62,511 bases of DNA from Elsinoe ampelina (lineage: Eukaryota), in assembly GCA_010093995.1 (NCBI GenBank), contig ML992518.1, positions 62,001 to 124,511 of the forward strand. The letters are read 5' to 3'. Below are positions 25,545 to 38,083 of the stretch, piece after piece. Positions within the stretch are counted from its first letter, which is position 1. Each line of letters opens with the position of its first letter. The translations under genes and the position numbers were made by a program. The notes beneath the pieces were generated by a model. The model had not been told where the DNA came from. It worked only from the letters and a program-made list of their open reading frames with translations, and searched no databases.

Positions 25545-27290
25545 TCACAGCTTGGTCCTGCCTTCATCGGTCAACCGTCTCCGAGGAGCGCTGATTGCAG
25601 CTGCGACTGCTTCGGCACCGTCTGCTCGGCTTGGCATGGTCCGGCTCGTAGCCAAGGCGGTAGTGGGAGGGTTGAATGCAGGTCCCCTTGTCGCGTTGTC
25701 TTGTAGACGAAGGCCGGTGAGCCAGCCCACCTGTCGGCCCAAGCCGCCAACTTGACCACCAATGTAGGCAAGCTCTTCCTTCAGACGAAGATTCTCATTG
25801 AGTATCATCATACTATGCCGACCGTCCAAATCCGTGAGTGCGGAGCTGACCCTTGTAACCTCATCTCGTAGAGACTCATGTAGTGATAAGAGATGAGTGT
25901 ATGGTGTGAGATTTGCTGGTTGCAGGGTCGATTCCCAGACATGGGACTGAGAAAGAGGGGGCTGCATGGGCCGGACGCCTTGGTCAAACGCAGAAAATGG
26001 AGGATCCACCGGGGCAATACTGGGACCAAGAGCCAGGTTCCCTCGTATCCTCGTTTCCAGTGGCGATGTCATCGAGTTTGATGCCAAGGGCCAAGCGGGT
26101 GTGTCGTAAAAGTCATTCGGAGAGAGCTCTGTATGAAGGGAAGGGACCGTGGAGTTCGTGTCGAGTGGACCGGAGAGTGGATCGGAGAGTCCATCATCAT
26201 CGATGATTGCCATGGATGAGCGGTTGGAGCCGGGGCGAGATTGAGATGCGTGGTGGACCTCTGAAGACTGAAGTATTCTCTCCACCGAGCTGAAACCACC
26301 TTCGAGTACTTGCATTTTCCGTAACAGTAGAGTTTGCTGTTCCTCCAATTCAGCCAATCGTCTGGATTGAGCGTCCAGAAACGGGGCAAATGAAGCAAAA
26401 GTACATTGCTTCGTATGTTGATTGATAGCACCTCTTTTGGCCCTGAGCGTACAGCCGTACGTAGCGCCGGTGCAAGGAATTGTGATGGCCGGGCACGATT
26501 CTCGTGCGTGGAGGGATATCTCCCGATAGAAGACCATTGACTCACACAGGTCACACGAGACCTTCCTGTCCGGGCATTCACTCTTCCAATGTGTTTCCAG
26601 ATTAGCCATGTGAGTAGTCTGTCGGCAATCTATGCATGTCACTCCAAAGTGCATGCATTCCTCAGCATCTTTGCGACGAAGTGGCAATTCGCAGTCTTGA
26701 CCGGGACACTCCACCCATGTATATGCGCAATAGTTGTTGACATGATTTTGGACCTCGCTCCTTTTGATCTCGGATGTACATCCCTCCTCGTGCTTCGGGC
26801 ATCGTACCACCAAATCGTCCAATATGTTGACCAAGATTCTTGAGACCGGCCCACGGCCCATCAATTTGCAATGGGTCCGGCATGTCGGGCAATTGCCTTT
26901 TGGTATCCCAGGCTGGTATTCGGAGATGGACCAGGTCTGGCGTAGGCAGTCTCTACAGAAGCAGTGGTCGCACTCCTGTAAGACAACGGGGTCGACAAAT
27001 GGAGAGTGGCAGATCGGGCACATGAGATTGTTGTCATACTCTGAGACGTAGTCGAGCAAGTGGAAATCTACCGGTGAATTCCAGGCGCTTCTCCTCGAGC
27101 TGTTGTTCCATGATTCTGCGAATGCTAATCGTCGTTCAATCCTCCGCATGCCGAAAGGGTCAGAAGGTACCGAGCTTGATGGCAGCGAACTTGATTCGGC
27201 GCTATGAGAGTGTCGTTGCTGGCCGGCGGAGCCGGCAGGCGGTGACCGGCGGAGCGGCAGTGTAGTGTGTCGACGTGATGGGAGTGACAT
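25545..27290 (-). CDS. RING finger plus TRAF-type zinc-finger protein (putative E3 ubiquitin ligase)
   Basis: C3HC4 RING 'CPICHSPF...CDHCFCRDC...CPTC' followed by repeated TRAF-type C/H zinc fingers and a coiled coil; likely ATG at 27290 (MSLPSRR). Confidence 0.85.
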   Translation of the reverse strand: MSLPSRRHTTLPLRRSPPAGSAGQQRHSHSAESSSLPSSSVPSDPFGMRRIERRLAFAESWNNSSRRSAWNSPVDFHLLDYVSEYDNNLMCPICHSPFVDPVVLQECDHCFCRDCLRQTWSISEYQPGIPKGNCPTCRTHCKLMGRGPVSRILVNILDDLVVRCPKHEEGCTSEIKRSEVQNHVNNYCAYTWVECPGQDCELPLRRKDAEECMHFGVTCIDCRQTTHMANLETHWKSECPDRKVSCDLCESMVFYREISLHARESCPAITIPCTGATYGCTLRAKRGAINQHTKQCTFASFAPFLDAQSRRLAELEEQQTLLLRKMQVLEGGFSSVERILQSSEVHHASQSRPGSNRSSMAIIDDDGLSDPLSGPLDTNSTVPSLHTELSPNDFYDTPAWPLASNSMTSPLETRIRGNLALGPSIAPVDPPFSAFDQGVRPMQPPLSQSHVWESTLQPANLTPYTHLLSLHESLRDEVTRVSSALTDLDGRHSMMILNENLRLKEELAYIGGQVGGLGRQVGWLTGLRLQDNATRGPAFNPPTTALATSRTMPSRADGAEAVAAAISAPRRRLTDEGRTKL

Positions 27291-28467
27291 TGCTATGATC
27301 GGCAACGTGGGAGATGGCCGACCAGAGCCGCGATAAGGAATGGGGACGGAGGCTGGCAGATAGATCGGTGCTTTTGCGGGCGTGGTGTCACCATCCTCGG
27401 AGGGTGGTACAGAGCAATGGGTTAAGCTCGAAGGCTCGTGAGCGGCTTTGCCGTGTGCGGGCACGTTGATGCAGGTCCCAATGCAGGTGCTTTCGGCAGC
27501 GGTCTAGCTTCGGCGGTCTGGCCAGCTGGGGTCGGAAGACTGTGATGATTGCTGTTCAGGTCACTGATGGTGTCTGCTGAGGATTTTTAATGATCGAAGT
27601 GATGGATTGGCCGTCTTGAGACTCTTGATGCTGCACTCGAGCGTCGAGGCGTCCTGGTCTCGTCAAAGCATGTTCGGCAGTCTATCCCAAAATAGCAACA
27701 AAGTGACACTCTCCCTCACTCCTTGTCGATTCGGCCGAAGTCAAGGACTCAAGAGTGCAAGGGTGGAGGTCCGCCCCCACGCTTCGACGATCACGCGGCT
27801 CGGCGGATAGCAGTACGGTGGTCCAGACGCCCGTCCACGCACCGCGTATAAGTACAGAATTTCCCTCGCCGTCCTCCTCTTTTCTTTCTTAGGCGACTCG
27901 TGAGTATCATACCGACAGGCACCTCGCAACCATGCTGATTTTCTCGCAGTACTTCATAGAATCAATTCTATAGTAGACGACCTTATCTGAACTCTTTACA
28001 AGAGCCACAGAACTCCAACCTGGCTGATGATGGATATCTCCGACACCCAAGAGTGAAGCCGTTTTTGGTCCTGTCCTTCTTGGACGGACTGGCAATGATC
28101 TCGTCCCTCTCAAGCATGGTTTCGATCGGCTGGATTGGGTGGGTGCCGCGAGACTTCTGACAGGTTATCCTCGACATGCGGTCGCTGTCCTGCCCCCGAG
28201 TGGGCAACCGGCTGGTGCACCCCGGAATGATGATGATGTAGACCAATGGCATTCACCTTTTCACTTTAAACTCTGTGGACCCTCCGTCTTGAGATTGTGC
28301 GTGCGCTTTTGGTATTACAGAGATGAGATTTTTGTACAGTTTGTTGAAGTGCCTCCTTGAATGACATTTCTGGTGCTCCGCCCACGCCGTGCTCGCAACG
28401 GAACTACTGATCGTCTGTCCCTTATATCCATGCTTCCATTTTACAATCGCGATCGTACACTGCGTTC

Positions 28468-28888
28468 TTACTCGTTGATCTTGGCTAGGAGCCTACGGTT
28501 TTGTCAGCACCGTGTTTCATGAAGCGGTGCAAACAACTTACTCGTGATCGCGGAACAGGTGGAACTCGTCGTCTCCAACCTTGAGGGAGCTGCCTCCGAA
28601 TTGAGGAATGAGAACCTTGTCACCCGAGTTGACGCTCATGGGTATCCGCTTGCCGTCCTTGTCCAACCCGCCGGGTCCTACAGCCAATACCTTCGCTTCA
28701 TTCAACTCCTTGACCGAGCTCTCTGGGAGAAAGATGCCGCCAGCTGTCTTCGCTTCGGCTTTGACGCGCTGTACCAGTACGCGGTCCAGCAGAGGGACAA
28801 GCGACTTGATGGACTTGATTGCAGTAGACTAGTCATGACTCGATTAGGACTTTTGCGTGCAATTCTTCCATCCACATTCACCTACCAT
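28468..28888 (-). CDS. HSP10: Mitochondrial co-chaperonin Hsp10 (3 exons; missing from the ORF track)
   Basis: Manual translation 'M|STAIKSIKSLVPLLDRVLVQRVKAEAKTAGGIFLPESSVKELNEAKVLAVGPG...FRDHE|LLAKINE*'; introns 28885-28829 and 28541-28493 have canonical ends. Confidence 0.97.
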
Positions 28889-28996
28889 GATTCCCGTCAC
28901 TGTAGGACTCTTTCTGATATCGGGGGAAGCTGTTGGTGCGATTCAAGGCTAAGGTGCAGAGTCAAAATGTTTTGGGAGTCGTTGTTCTCCCAGCCC

Positions 28997-29011
28997 AGAA
29001 ATTTCCAGAAG
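28997..29011. promoter_or_regulatory. Perfect heat-shock element (nGAAnnTTCnnGAAn)
   Basis: AGAAATTTCCAGAAG, about 110 bp upstream of the HSP10 ATG. Confidence 0.75.
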
Positions 29012-29067
29012 TCCGTCCTAACATTGGAAGCTTGGGCCACATCTTCAGAACATGACCTCGGCATGCT

Positions 29068-30336
29068 ATGGATTCACTGTCCTACACAACTGCATTATCT
29101 GCACATCGCCATGATGTTATGATCGAGGCGGTCGAGGCGCATGGGGCCTCTCTTCCTGCACACCTCCTCGCTTCCACCCTGCCGCGCACCTATCCGTCAA
29201 CAACTTTGTTGCACAACCACTCTCAACCAAACTCCCCTCGACCGCTTCATCTGTCCCCCGACGGCACTGTCCTCTTAGCACACAGCGAGGACCTTCATCT
29301 ACGCAGTTTTGTCCTCCCTCCGGATCTCCTCACATCTCCGCCACCGCTAGCCTTGAATCCCTACTCCACTATTGGCCCAATCCAATCTCACACCCAAGCG
29401 ATCCCGCCCTACTTCTCCCTCTCCGACCCCACCACCACTCACGTCCTCGTCTCGCTCCCCGATCTCCCCCTTCGCCTCACCAACGCACTTGACCTCTCCC
29501 ACGTCCACGCCACATACCCTCTCGTCCATGGTTCGACCGAGGCCTTCATCGCGCCCCATAGCCTCGTCTTCTCCGCCGACGGCACCCGCTTCGCCGCCGG
29601 CTCCAAGGCCCGCATCAGCATATTCGACCTAGCAAGAGATGCTCAGGGGCCAGCGAGCAGCATCTCCACAGCTCAAGAGCGGCGACGGACCGCGGGATCC
29701 GGGCTGCATGGGTATATCATTGCGCTAGACGCCTGTCCGTTCACTGGCCAGCTCGCGGGGGGGTCGACAGGTGGGCAGGTTGGGATATACGATGCGCGGG
29801 AAGCGGGGAGGGAAGTCGTGAGCTTCGATGCCGAGCAAAGCAGAGGGGTGGGACAGGTGAAGTGGATCGGGGAGGGGACTTACCTTGCTGTTGCGGGGAG
29901 GAAGAGCCAGGGTTTGGCGTTGTGGGATCTGCGAATGGCGAGGAGGTTGTGCTGGTTGGCGGGTAGAAAAGGAGGGCTCGCCATGAGAATGGGATTTGAT
30001 GTTCAGCAGACGGAGGGTGGGTGTCATGTCCTTGCTGGCGGAACGGATGGCGTGGTCAGAGTTTGGAAGGACGTGGCCAGTTGTGAGGGGACAAGGCTGC
30101 ACGAGGAGGAGTGGAAAGCCCACGATGATGCAGTGACAAGCGTGCTGGCTCATCCTTGCGGAGACGTCGTGATCACTGCAGGTGGGAGCAGGAAAGACAT
30201 GGGGCTTTACGAATGTGACGACATGGACGCTGGGATATCGTTCGGCGATGGTGGTGAAAGTGCTGCCGGCATCAAAGTCTGGTCACTCCCAGCACACAAC
30301 CTCAGCACGTCCGCCAATGATTTGAGTGCAACCTAG
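29068..30336 (+). CDS. WD40 protein, WDR79/TCAB1/Swt21-like
   Basis: 'SPDGTVLL...LRSFVLP', 'TEAFIAPHSLVFSADGTRFAAGS' and 'GGTDGVVRVW' match my recollection of fungal WDR79/Swt21 homologues. Confidence 0.8.
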   Translation: MDSLSYTTALSAHRHDVMIEAVEAHGASLPAHLLASTLPRTYPSTTLLHNHSQPNSPRPLHLSPDGTVLLAHSEDLHLRSFVLPPDLLTSPPPLALNPYSTIGPIQSHTQAIPPYFSLSDPTTTHVLVSLPDLPLRLTNALDLSHVHATYPLVHGSTEAFIAPHSLVFSADGTRFAAGSKARISIFDLARDAQGPASSISTAQERRRTAGSGLHGYIIALDACPFTGQLAGGSTGGQVGIYDAREAGREVVSFDAEQSRGVGQVKWIGEGTYLAVAGRKSQGLALWDLRMARRLCWLAGRKGGLAMRMGFDVQQTEGGCHVLAGGTDGVVRVWKDVASCEGTRLHEEEWKAHDDAVTSVLAHPCGDVVITAGGSRKDMGLYECDDMDAGISFGDGGESAAGIKVWSLPAHNLSTSANDLSAT

Positions 30337-30403
30337 CACCAAGAGTCACGTATGTAATGACCAATCAAGCATCAACAAATCATCAAAAATTCGCAAATGG
30401 CAT

Positions 30404-31719
30404 CTACGGGAGCGGACCATCCACCATAAGCTTATCGTAAGCAGACGGCGCCATCTCTTCATGTATCCGATTCCAATCCCGCTTGAGCTGATCGTAAAAA
30501 TTGTGCATGAATCTCAAAGAGACAGCCTCGTTCGAAGCCTCCTTCAGGTGCCACTTCTCTCGTTTGTTCCAGTAATGCCGGACGAATTTGCCGAGATGTA
30601 CTTCCTCGACGGGTACCTCACGGACATAGGGCTCGTAGTCGTAGCGTACGAAATTGGAAAAGGCAGCCTGCTCGTGCGACCACTTGTTTTTCCAGAAACT
30701 GCAGTTTGTGTATTTGACATCGGTCGGGCAGTTGATCCAGTCTCGCATCATGCTGGGAAATTGCGGCGTGTTCTGCGTGATGACAAAGCCAGTGTTGAAT
30801 AAGACTCGGCCTTTCGTGTCCTTCTGTCGATCCAGGTCGCGGCCTCCGAGTATGGCTATCGAGGTATCCATCTTCCAGTGGCTTAGAAGGGTTTCCATGG
30901 GGATGCGTAGGTCGGTGATGATGGTGTCCGCATCCATTGTGACCACGAACTTGCAGTCCTCAAGCATGGTCATTCGGAACTGTTCCTTGACCTTGACCCA
31001 GGTAAAGTGCAAGCCTTCTTGTGGTGAGACCTGAACATGCTTGAAAGTGTATCCGTGGATCTTTGCTACAGCATCGGTCAATCTCAAGGTGGCATCGCTA
31101 GCATATGCTTGATTGGACATACCATAGATGTAGTGATTCAAGTTTCCCCAGTGAGTGTCCTCGGCGACGTCTAGATTGATCTGATCCGGGCGCCACGAGC
31201 GAGTATCGACATTCAGAATACAGACTTGCTCACGCAGCGCCGTGGGGAAGAGGGTGAGCTCCTCCGGACCGATCCCGTAGTCTTGTTGTAAGTTGACGGG
31301 TGGTAGTGATCTCAAGAGGTCGAACATGTGATTGTTCGTCATTGGTTCTGGTGTGGCCGACAGTGATGCGCTTAGACTAAGACCAGCCGGTCTGCCCATT
31401 GCCGCAAGCATCTTATCCACTTGACTTGGGTGTTGTCTGGAGCAATGTTAGAGCATCGCTAGGAGAGAACGGTCCGTCCAAGCTGTACATACGCATCTGA
31501 TCTGTACCCAGAACGATCGCCCAAGAAGAATCCCACGCTCAGGTTGCAAATACACAACAGCAGAATCCACAAGGCACGCCAAATGCGATCCCTGGGCCAG
31601 GCGGGACTTCGTCGTTGCCTTTCAAGAAGCTGTTTTGCACTTCCGTCATACGCTGCATCCTCGTCGTCAAATGAGTCGCGCCTTGAGAGCATTCGATCGT
31701 GGGGCGAGGGACTGTCCAT
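30404..31719 (-). CDS. Type II membrane glycosyltransferase, GT34/MNN10-like (3 exons)
   Basis: N-terminal TM 'ALWILLLCICNLSVGFFLG', DxD motif 'MDADT', 'NTGFVI', 'WSHEQAAF'; introns at ~31492-31437 and ~31121-31067. Confidence 0.75.
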
Positions 31720-32450
31720 GGCTCGGACCGCTGTGGAAGGTGCCTCGTATGCAGATTGCAGGCACGCGCGACAGAGAAGTCGAATGTGATATAGAAGTCA
31801 ACTTTACAAACCGCGATACGCCCCTGTTGGTCTGGTCTAGGTACTAGGTACTTGGCGGTGGATCCGAGCACTGCAACAGGGGCATCTTCAACGGTCGTGC
31901 ATGACCTGACTGACGAGGCGAACCTGAGATCCGCCACCCTCGCCCGTTGCCATGGCCGTTGGAGCGCCGAGAAAGTAATTTCGCTCCGGTGATGAAGCGG
32001 ATCTTGTGCCGCTACCTGTCTGTAAGTCCAGGCGCAGGCATGAGGACGAGGGGAAACACAAGCCTTGTCCGCGGGAGTCTAGACGGCAGCATGCGGGCGG
32101 GAGAGTCAGATACAGTCAGTCCTTTTCAAGGTCATCGTACTCATCCAGATGGAATAGGAATAACTGCACGTACTGCGCATTCGATAGGTAGTGAACGCTT
32201 ATGAAGTTGGTGATGACGCTGCATTGTCAACGTCGCCACGCGGATAAGGAGTTATTCCTCAACAGAACGGCACAAATCTGCCATGGTGAGGGCACCGCGA
32301 CGGCGCCGCCAATGTCAAATTTGCCAGGATGAAGTCATGTTTCGTAGCAGCTGATAAGCCTCTAAGCGGCGGTGGATTGGCTCAAGAACGTAGAGGACGG
32401 AGTATGCAAGAAGAGATGTGAAAGAATTATAGTATTTGTAGTCGACCGTC

Positions 32451-34566
32451 TCATGGCATGCATGTTTCCTCACCATCGTCATTTCCATCGTATCGAGTGT
32501 CGCGGTACCGGTGTAATTCCACACTGTGCTTCCCTGGCGATGGATACAAGTCCTCATGATAATCCATGCGGCCGTCATCCGCATAGAGCGCCATAGCTTG
32601 AGGTTGTACTCGCCGATATCCCTGCCTCCGTCGGCGATATGCAGTGGGTACCGCGAAAAGAAGAATGCTTACTAGAGCTCCTGCTCCAATCAAGCCTGCT
32701 ACGAATCCGTAAGAGTCTCCCGCTCGCTCAACGACGATCTGGTACTGCTGCCTCACGCTGCTTATGATATTCTGGCTGGATTCGTCGGCGAGGAAGGTCT
32801 GCCACGATTGACTCAAGTCGTCAACTTCCCACGCACCGTTTTTGTCACCCCTTCCTATCGGATCGTGCTCGTCTCCAGTGTCCATGGTCAAAGTGCCGGT
32901 CCTCGATAACACTCTGTCGTCTTCGTCCATCGCGAAGACAGTTGCAAACTTCGTTGCCGAACCCACGAAGCAGTTGTCCTCAAATCCTGTCTTGTCCACC
33001 CTTGCCCAAAAGTGACGTTGCAATGACCAGGGTTCCGTTTCATTCGACGTCAGAACGACATAGTATGCCACCCGTGTCGCTCCATTCCAGCTGAAATAGA
33101 TGTGATCGTTTGTGAGCATCTGTCCCTCATCGTCTTGGAGCTTGATGGAGAAGTGGCTGTCGTCCGAATTGAAAGCGTACACAGGTTTCGGACCCCTGGC
33201 GATCCTCGGTGGCCATCGCGGCCGACCTGTAAAGTTGACCTTCAGCGCGCGGTAATTGTCCGGACTGTAACGATTAATGGACATTGGCCCAAAGGCAACG
33301 TCCCATAACACAGTGCCGTTCTGCGAGTACTCAGTCCAGCTCGGGTCGCTGCCGAATCCTAGTAGCACATTTCCTTCATCAGGCGAGTCACCCAAGACTT
33401 GCATACTACCCTCGCGGATTGATTTCTGGCCGTTGGCCGCAAGATACATCCGATCAAGTCGAACCGTCTTCTTCGAGAAATCGAGCTCGACGATCAGGCC
33501 ACGCGACAGTGGGTCCGCTGCTAGCCCATTCTCCGAGTTGCGATCATCAAAGATGGAGATCTTTGTGCGCCTTGCATCGACCCAGCGTGCCATGTGCTGA
33601 TACTTGAACGATGTCGCCTTGCCGTGGCTCAAGTCCTCGAATGAATTGGCAATGCCGCCAAGAGTCCACAGTACTTCTCCATTGAACCCGGAGACGTAGT
33701 AGACAGCGTTGGTGTGTCTCGCGCTCAGAAGGTAGTTGCCCTCGACATCCTTTTCTATACTATTCAAGTGGAAGTAGTCCCATCCCCGGGTCTCGTTGTA
33801 CCCGCTATCTGTCTGCGAAGGTGACCAGTTTGATGCCTCTTTGATGTCGACGAATTTCGAAGCTTGCCACTCGAAGAGAAGTTCGCCGGTAGCCATGTCA
33901 ATTTCTTGGAAGAATGAATCAACCAGCCATCCATTGGTGATGTTGAAGTAGGAGAGATCGGCTTGCACAGGTTGATATGCGCTAATGACAGCGGTGCACT
34001 GTGGTGTTAAATACAATTCGTGAACGTCAGCCCAAGCAAGATTGCCATGGGCCGTGAGGTTGAAAGCAAGCTCATACTGCCGATCGTACTGTTTTACTTG
34101 GTGAGCATAGCAATTCGTGTTTCTTTTGTCTGATACTTACAAGGTACCATCGACCTCGTTTATGGTTTTGTGCGTTGATGCCAGACCACCAAGTGATGTA
34201 GTCGGTGCCGTTACAACTTTGTACCGTGGGACCCATGGTACTCCGTTCATGTATCGGACCAGACCACACCATATTTAGCGTCGCAGCATCGATGATGGCC
34301 GGCGGCATGAAGCCGTATTCGGGACCACTGGCGGCCCATAGAACGTACTTGCTGGGTGACACATCATTGGCAGGACCGACGATTAGATTCGCCACGGGAC
34401 CAGTCATGCGATCGTTCGAAAGATATCTTTGACGAGTATAGTTGCCGTATTTGCCTTGCATATATTCGGGACTGTTGTGAAAAGGCGGAACGTCGGCTGC
34501 GACGTGAGTTGTGCATAATAACAGGTAAAGAAAAGACGCCAGCGCAGTGATAGTAAGCAACACCAT
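32451..34566 (-). CDS. ASST arylsulfotransferase-like secreted protein with C-terminal membrane anchor (2 exons)
   Basis: Signal peptide MVLLTITALASFLYLLLCTTHVAA; 'DVHEL', 'FQEIDMATGELLFEW', 'WDYFHLNSIEKD..GNYLLSARHT', 'YQHMARW', 'SWNGAT'; C-terminal TM followed by RRRR; intron ~34140-34090. Confidence 0.85.
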
Positions 34567-36197
34567 GATGAGACAAAGAATGACTGAATGAAGGACGACC
34601 GAGTGGATGGATGAAAACGAAAAAGACAGGCCTTGAAGAAGTAGGAGAAGCGGCAAGTCAATGGCGGGCGGAAATTTTGGACCATTGCAGCAACGGCAGC
34701 ATGTTCCGCAGCTTGAGTCTGGTATTATTGGAGGCCCCTTTGTGAGCAATAATGTAGGAGATTGGACGGCAGAGTTCCGGACATGAAAAGTTGTTGCCAA
34801 GGGCGTTGAGCGAGAGCGTTACAGGAGAGTGATGGTCGGCAACGGTCGACTGTGACGGCGGGGTGAAATTCTGAGACTAGACAAGGTACGAACACATCCT
34901 TCGCATCCCGAACTCGTACAGGACGGCCGCCAAGGGAGTCAAACAAGCCTCGACGTGCCAGTGATACATGAGACGAGCGAGTACAAGCATATTCGTCTTG
35001 CACAAGAGAGCGGGCGGGATGGTCGAAAAGAGAAGGATGCAACCGAACAGCAATGATGATGGAGCGGGATCCTTATCGATGGATCACCGTAGCGACAGTT
35101 GGAACGACTGATGATTGAGGGAGGGACATGGGCCGCGTGAGCCTGGCTTGGCAGAGTCGTTCGTCTGTCTGATCTAAGCGCGTCATGGGAATCAATTCGA
35201 GTCGACTTGGACGATAAAATCAGGGTTGGTCGTTTGCATCCCTGATACGTTGTCCAGTGAGCCAGCTGCCATGTCTACAGCACATGGCAAGGCGGGATGA
35301 GGTTGAGCGACAACCTCGGATATAGATACTGGCCCAACCACGAAAGTGTGTCGATGCACCAGTGAGCAAAGAGGAGAAATGGGCAGCTGGACCGGGGTTC
35401 CGGAATCGTGATCGAACACGCCCCGCATGAACGGAGAGGAGGGGGTACAGTACCAAACCACCCTCGCCACACGTGGAGCTCCGAAGCTATGGGCCTTGGG
35501 CGAGTCCGGGTGAACAGCATGAAGCTCACTCCGACCGCTAAAGAGTGCGAAACCGGGGCACATGAATTTCACGTCGATGAGAGTCCAGTCCATTCGTCGA
35601 TACAGTAGCAGCTCGGGAGCCATTCCAAAGAGCACCGAGCAAATTTTTGCTCGACCCAAGAGTCCAGGACTGGCTCTCGGTCATCGTGAGATTGAGTGCC
35701 GAGGAAGAGCTGCCGTCGTCACTCGATGCGAGGTCCTCTGGTCTCAAGCACATGCACCGCTTGTAAGGTACAGGCTTCAGACCCTGTTCTTCCCGTGTCG
35801 AGGACGGCGCAACGGAGGGAGCAGAGCAGACCTGCCATCCGTGCTGCAGGCCAGAAGGCCAGGGAAGGCAACATAGCGGGGTAGGCTTCCGGCAGGTGCC
35901 ATGCTTCTTGCAGACATGGCTGTCCCAATGCCGTCCGAGAAAGGCCATGATCGTGGCTCCCGCTACGCCGAGCTGTTACGTTCTTGTCTGGTTCCGGCGT
36001 AGTGGATGGTCAATGGCACACGCTGATTCGATCATCGTCTCGAGACGTGTGCAATTAGCTTCACGAAAGGTGGGGGCGTCCAAGGGTCTGTCCTTCACGT
36101 CAGAGCCGCCACTACTTAACTTCACCGCCCTGCTACACTCCTGTTCTTGCGCTACCTTTTGCGATACACCTCTCTCCAAACACCAAACACAACCATC

Positions 36198-37978
36198 ATG
36201 GCATCCTCAGTTACTCTCGACACGCCAGCAGGCAAGATTGAGCAGCCCACTGGCCTGTGAGTAGACCCCACGTCCTGACGCAGTTTCTTCACTCGAGCGG
36301 GGTAGACAGTCGGGTAAACAGCTACCTGATGCCTTCTTCGCGCTTCACCCCTACCATTGTTGCAGATGCGGACAAGAGCTGACCACGGTCATTTCAGGTT
36401 CATCAACAACGAGTTCATCAAGGGCGTCGACGGAAAGACGTTCGAGACCATCAACCCCTCCACTGAAGAAGTAATCACATCCGTAGCCGAGGCCTCTGAG
36501 AAAGATGTGGACATTGCCGTCGCTGCGGCCCGCAAGGCCTTCGAGGGAGATTGGAGAAAGGTCACACCAGAGAACAGGGGCAAGCTTCTTGTAAATCTCG
36601 CAAACCTGTTCGAGAAGAACTTGGACACCCTTGCCGCCATCGAGTCGCTCGATAACGGCAAGGCCATCTCCATGGCAAAGGTCGACGTCAGCATGTGCGT
36701 TGGCTGCTTGCGATACTACGGAGGCTGGGCAGACAAGATCACCGGCAAAGTCATCGACACCACCCCCGACACGTTCAACTACATTCGCAAGGAGCCAGTA
36801 AGTCGATCCCAAGCTTCCCAATTGCAACATCTAACATGACCAGATCGGTGTCTGCGGTCAGATCATCCCATGGAACTTCCCACTCCTCATGTGGTCGTGG
36901 AAGATTGGCCCGGCCATTGCCTGCGGTAACACTGTCGTCCTCAAAACTGCAGAGCAGACTCCTCTGTCCGGTCTCTACGCCGCAAAGCTCATCAAGGAGG
37001 CTGGTTTTCCTCCAGGTGTCATCAACATCATCTCAGGTTTCGGTAAGGTCGCTGGTGCTGCCCTCTCTGCACACATGGATGTCGACAAGGTCGCCTTCAC
37101 CGGATCTACCGTCGTCGGTCGTCAAATTCTCAAGGCCGCAGCTGGCTCCAACTTGAAGAAGGTCACTCTTGAGCTTGGTGGCAAGTCTCCAAACATTGTC
37201 TTCGAGGATGCCGACATCGACAACGCCATTTCATGGGTCAACTTCGGTATCTTCTTCAACCACGGTCAGTGCTGCTGCGCTGGTTCCCGTATCTACGTCC
37301 AGGACACAATCTACGACAAGTTTGTTCAGCGATTCAAGGAGCGAGCTCAGAAGAACGTCGTCGGCGACCCATTCTCCGCCGACACTTTCCAGGGTCCTCA
37401 GGTCTCTCAGCTCCAATTTGACCGCATCATGGGTTACATCCAGGCCGGCAAGGATGCTGGTGCGACCATTGAGACTGGAGGTGCACGAAAGGGTGACAAG
37501 GGTTACTTCATTGAGCCAACCATCTTCTCCAACGTGTCTGAGGACATGAAGATTATGCAAGAAGAAATCTTCGGACCCGTCTGCACCATCTCAAAGTTCA
37601 AGGACAAGGAGGAGGTCATCCGCAAGGGTAACGCCACCACATACGGTCTCGCAGCCGCGGTCCATACCAAGAACCTCAACACCGCTATTGAGGTGTCCAA
37701 TGCGCTCAGGGCTGGTACCGTCTGGGTCAACACTTACAACACTCTACACCACCAGATGCCCTTTGGTGGTTACAAGGAGTATGCTTTTCCATTCATGATA
37801 CCGATCAGAGTGTATGCTAATCTGATTCCAGGTCTGGTATCGGACGCGAACTTGGCGAGGCAGCCCTTGACAACTACTGCCAGGTGAGGATTTGCAACGA
37901 CAAAGTGAAATGCACGTGACTAACAATCTCCAGACCAAGACCGTCTCCATCCGTCTCGGGGACGCCCTCTTTGGTTAA
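36198..37978 (+). CDS. aldA: NAD-dependent aldehyde dehydrogenase (5 exons)
   Basis: 'IIPWNFP', 'FTGSTVVG', 'LELGGKSP', 'GQCCCAGSR', 'EEIFGPV', 'PFGGYKESG'; introns 36257-36397, 36798-36843, 37779-37831, 37884-37933. Confidence 0.95.
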
Positions 37979-38083
37979 ATTGTACATTGAGATAGCGCTT
38001 TATGTAAATGTTTGCATGATTTATCATGTTAATGAAAAGATTATCGAGCAGTCCATTTATCATCTCCTTGGCGGATCGTGTTT

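Noticed and set aside
27291..27464. N-terminal extension of the RING/TRAF ORF in the track
   Set aside because: Begins at a GTG and is low-complexity; ATG 27290 is the more likely start.
28544..29122. 192-aa plus-strand ORF
   Set aside because: It is the antisense shadow of HSP10 exon 2; the real gene is on the minus strand.
34600..36150. Numerous short ORFs between the ASST-like gene and aldA (likewise 27600-28400, 41200-41850, 51960-52600)
   Set aside because: No recognisable motifs or convincing exon structure; treated as promoter/UTR sequence.
37884..37978. Possible cryptic peroxisomal (PTS1) isoform of aldehyde dehydrogenase via the last intron
   Set aside because: Intron retention ends ...KVKCT*, which is not an SKL-like signal.
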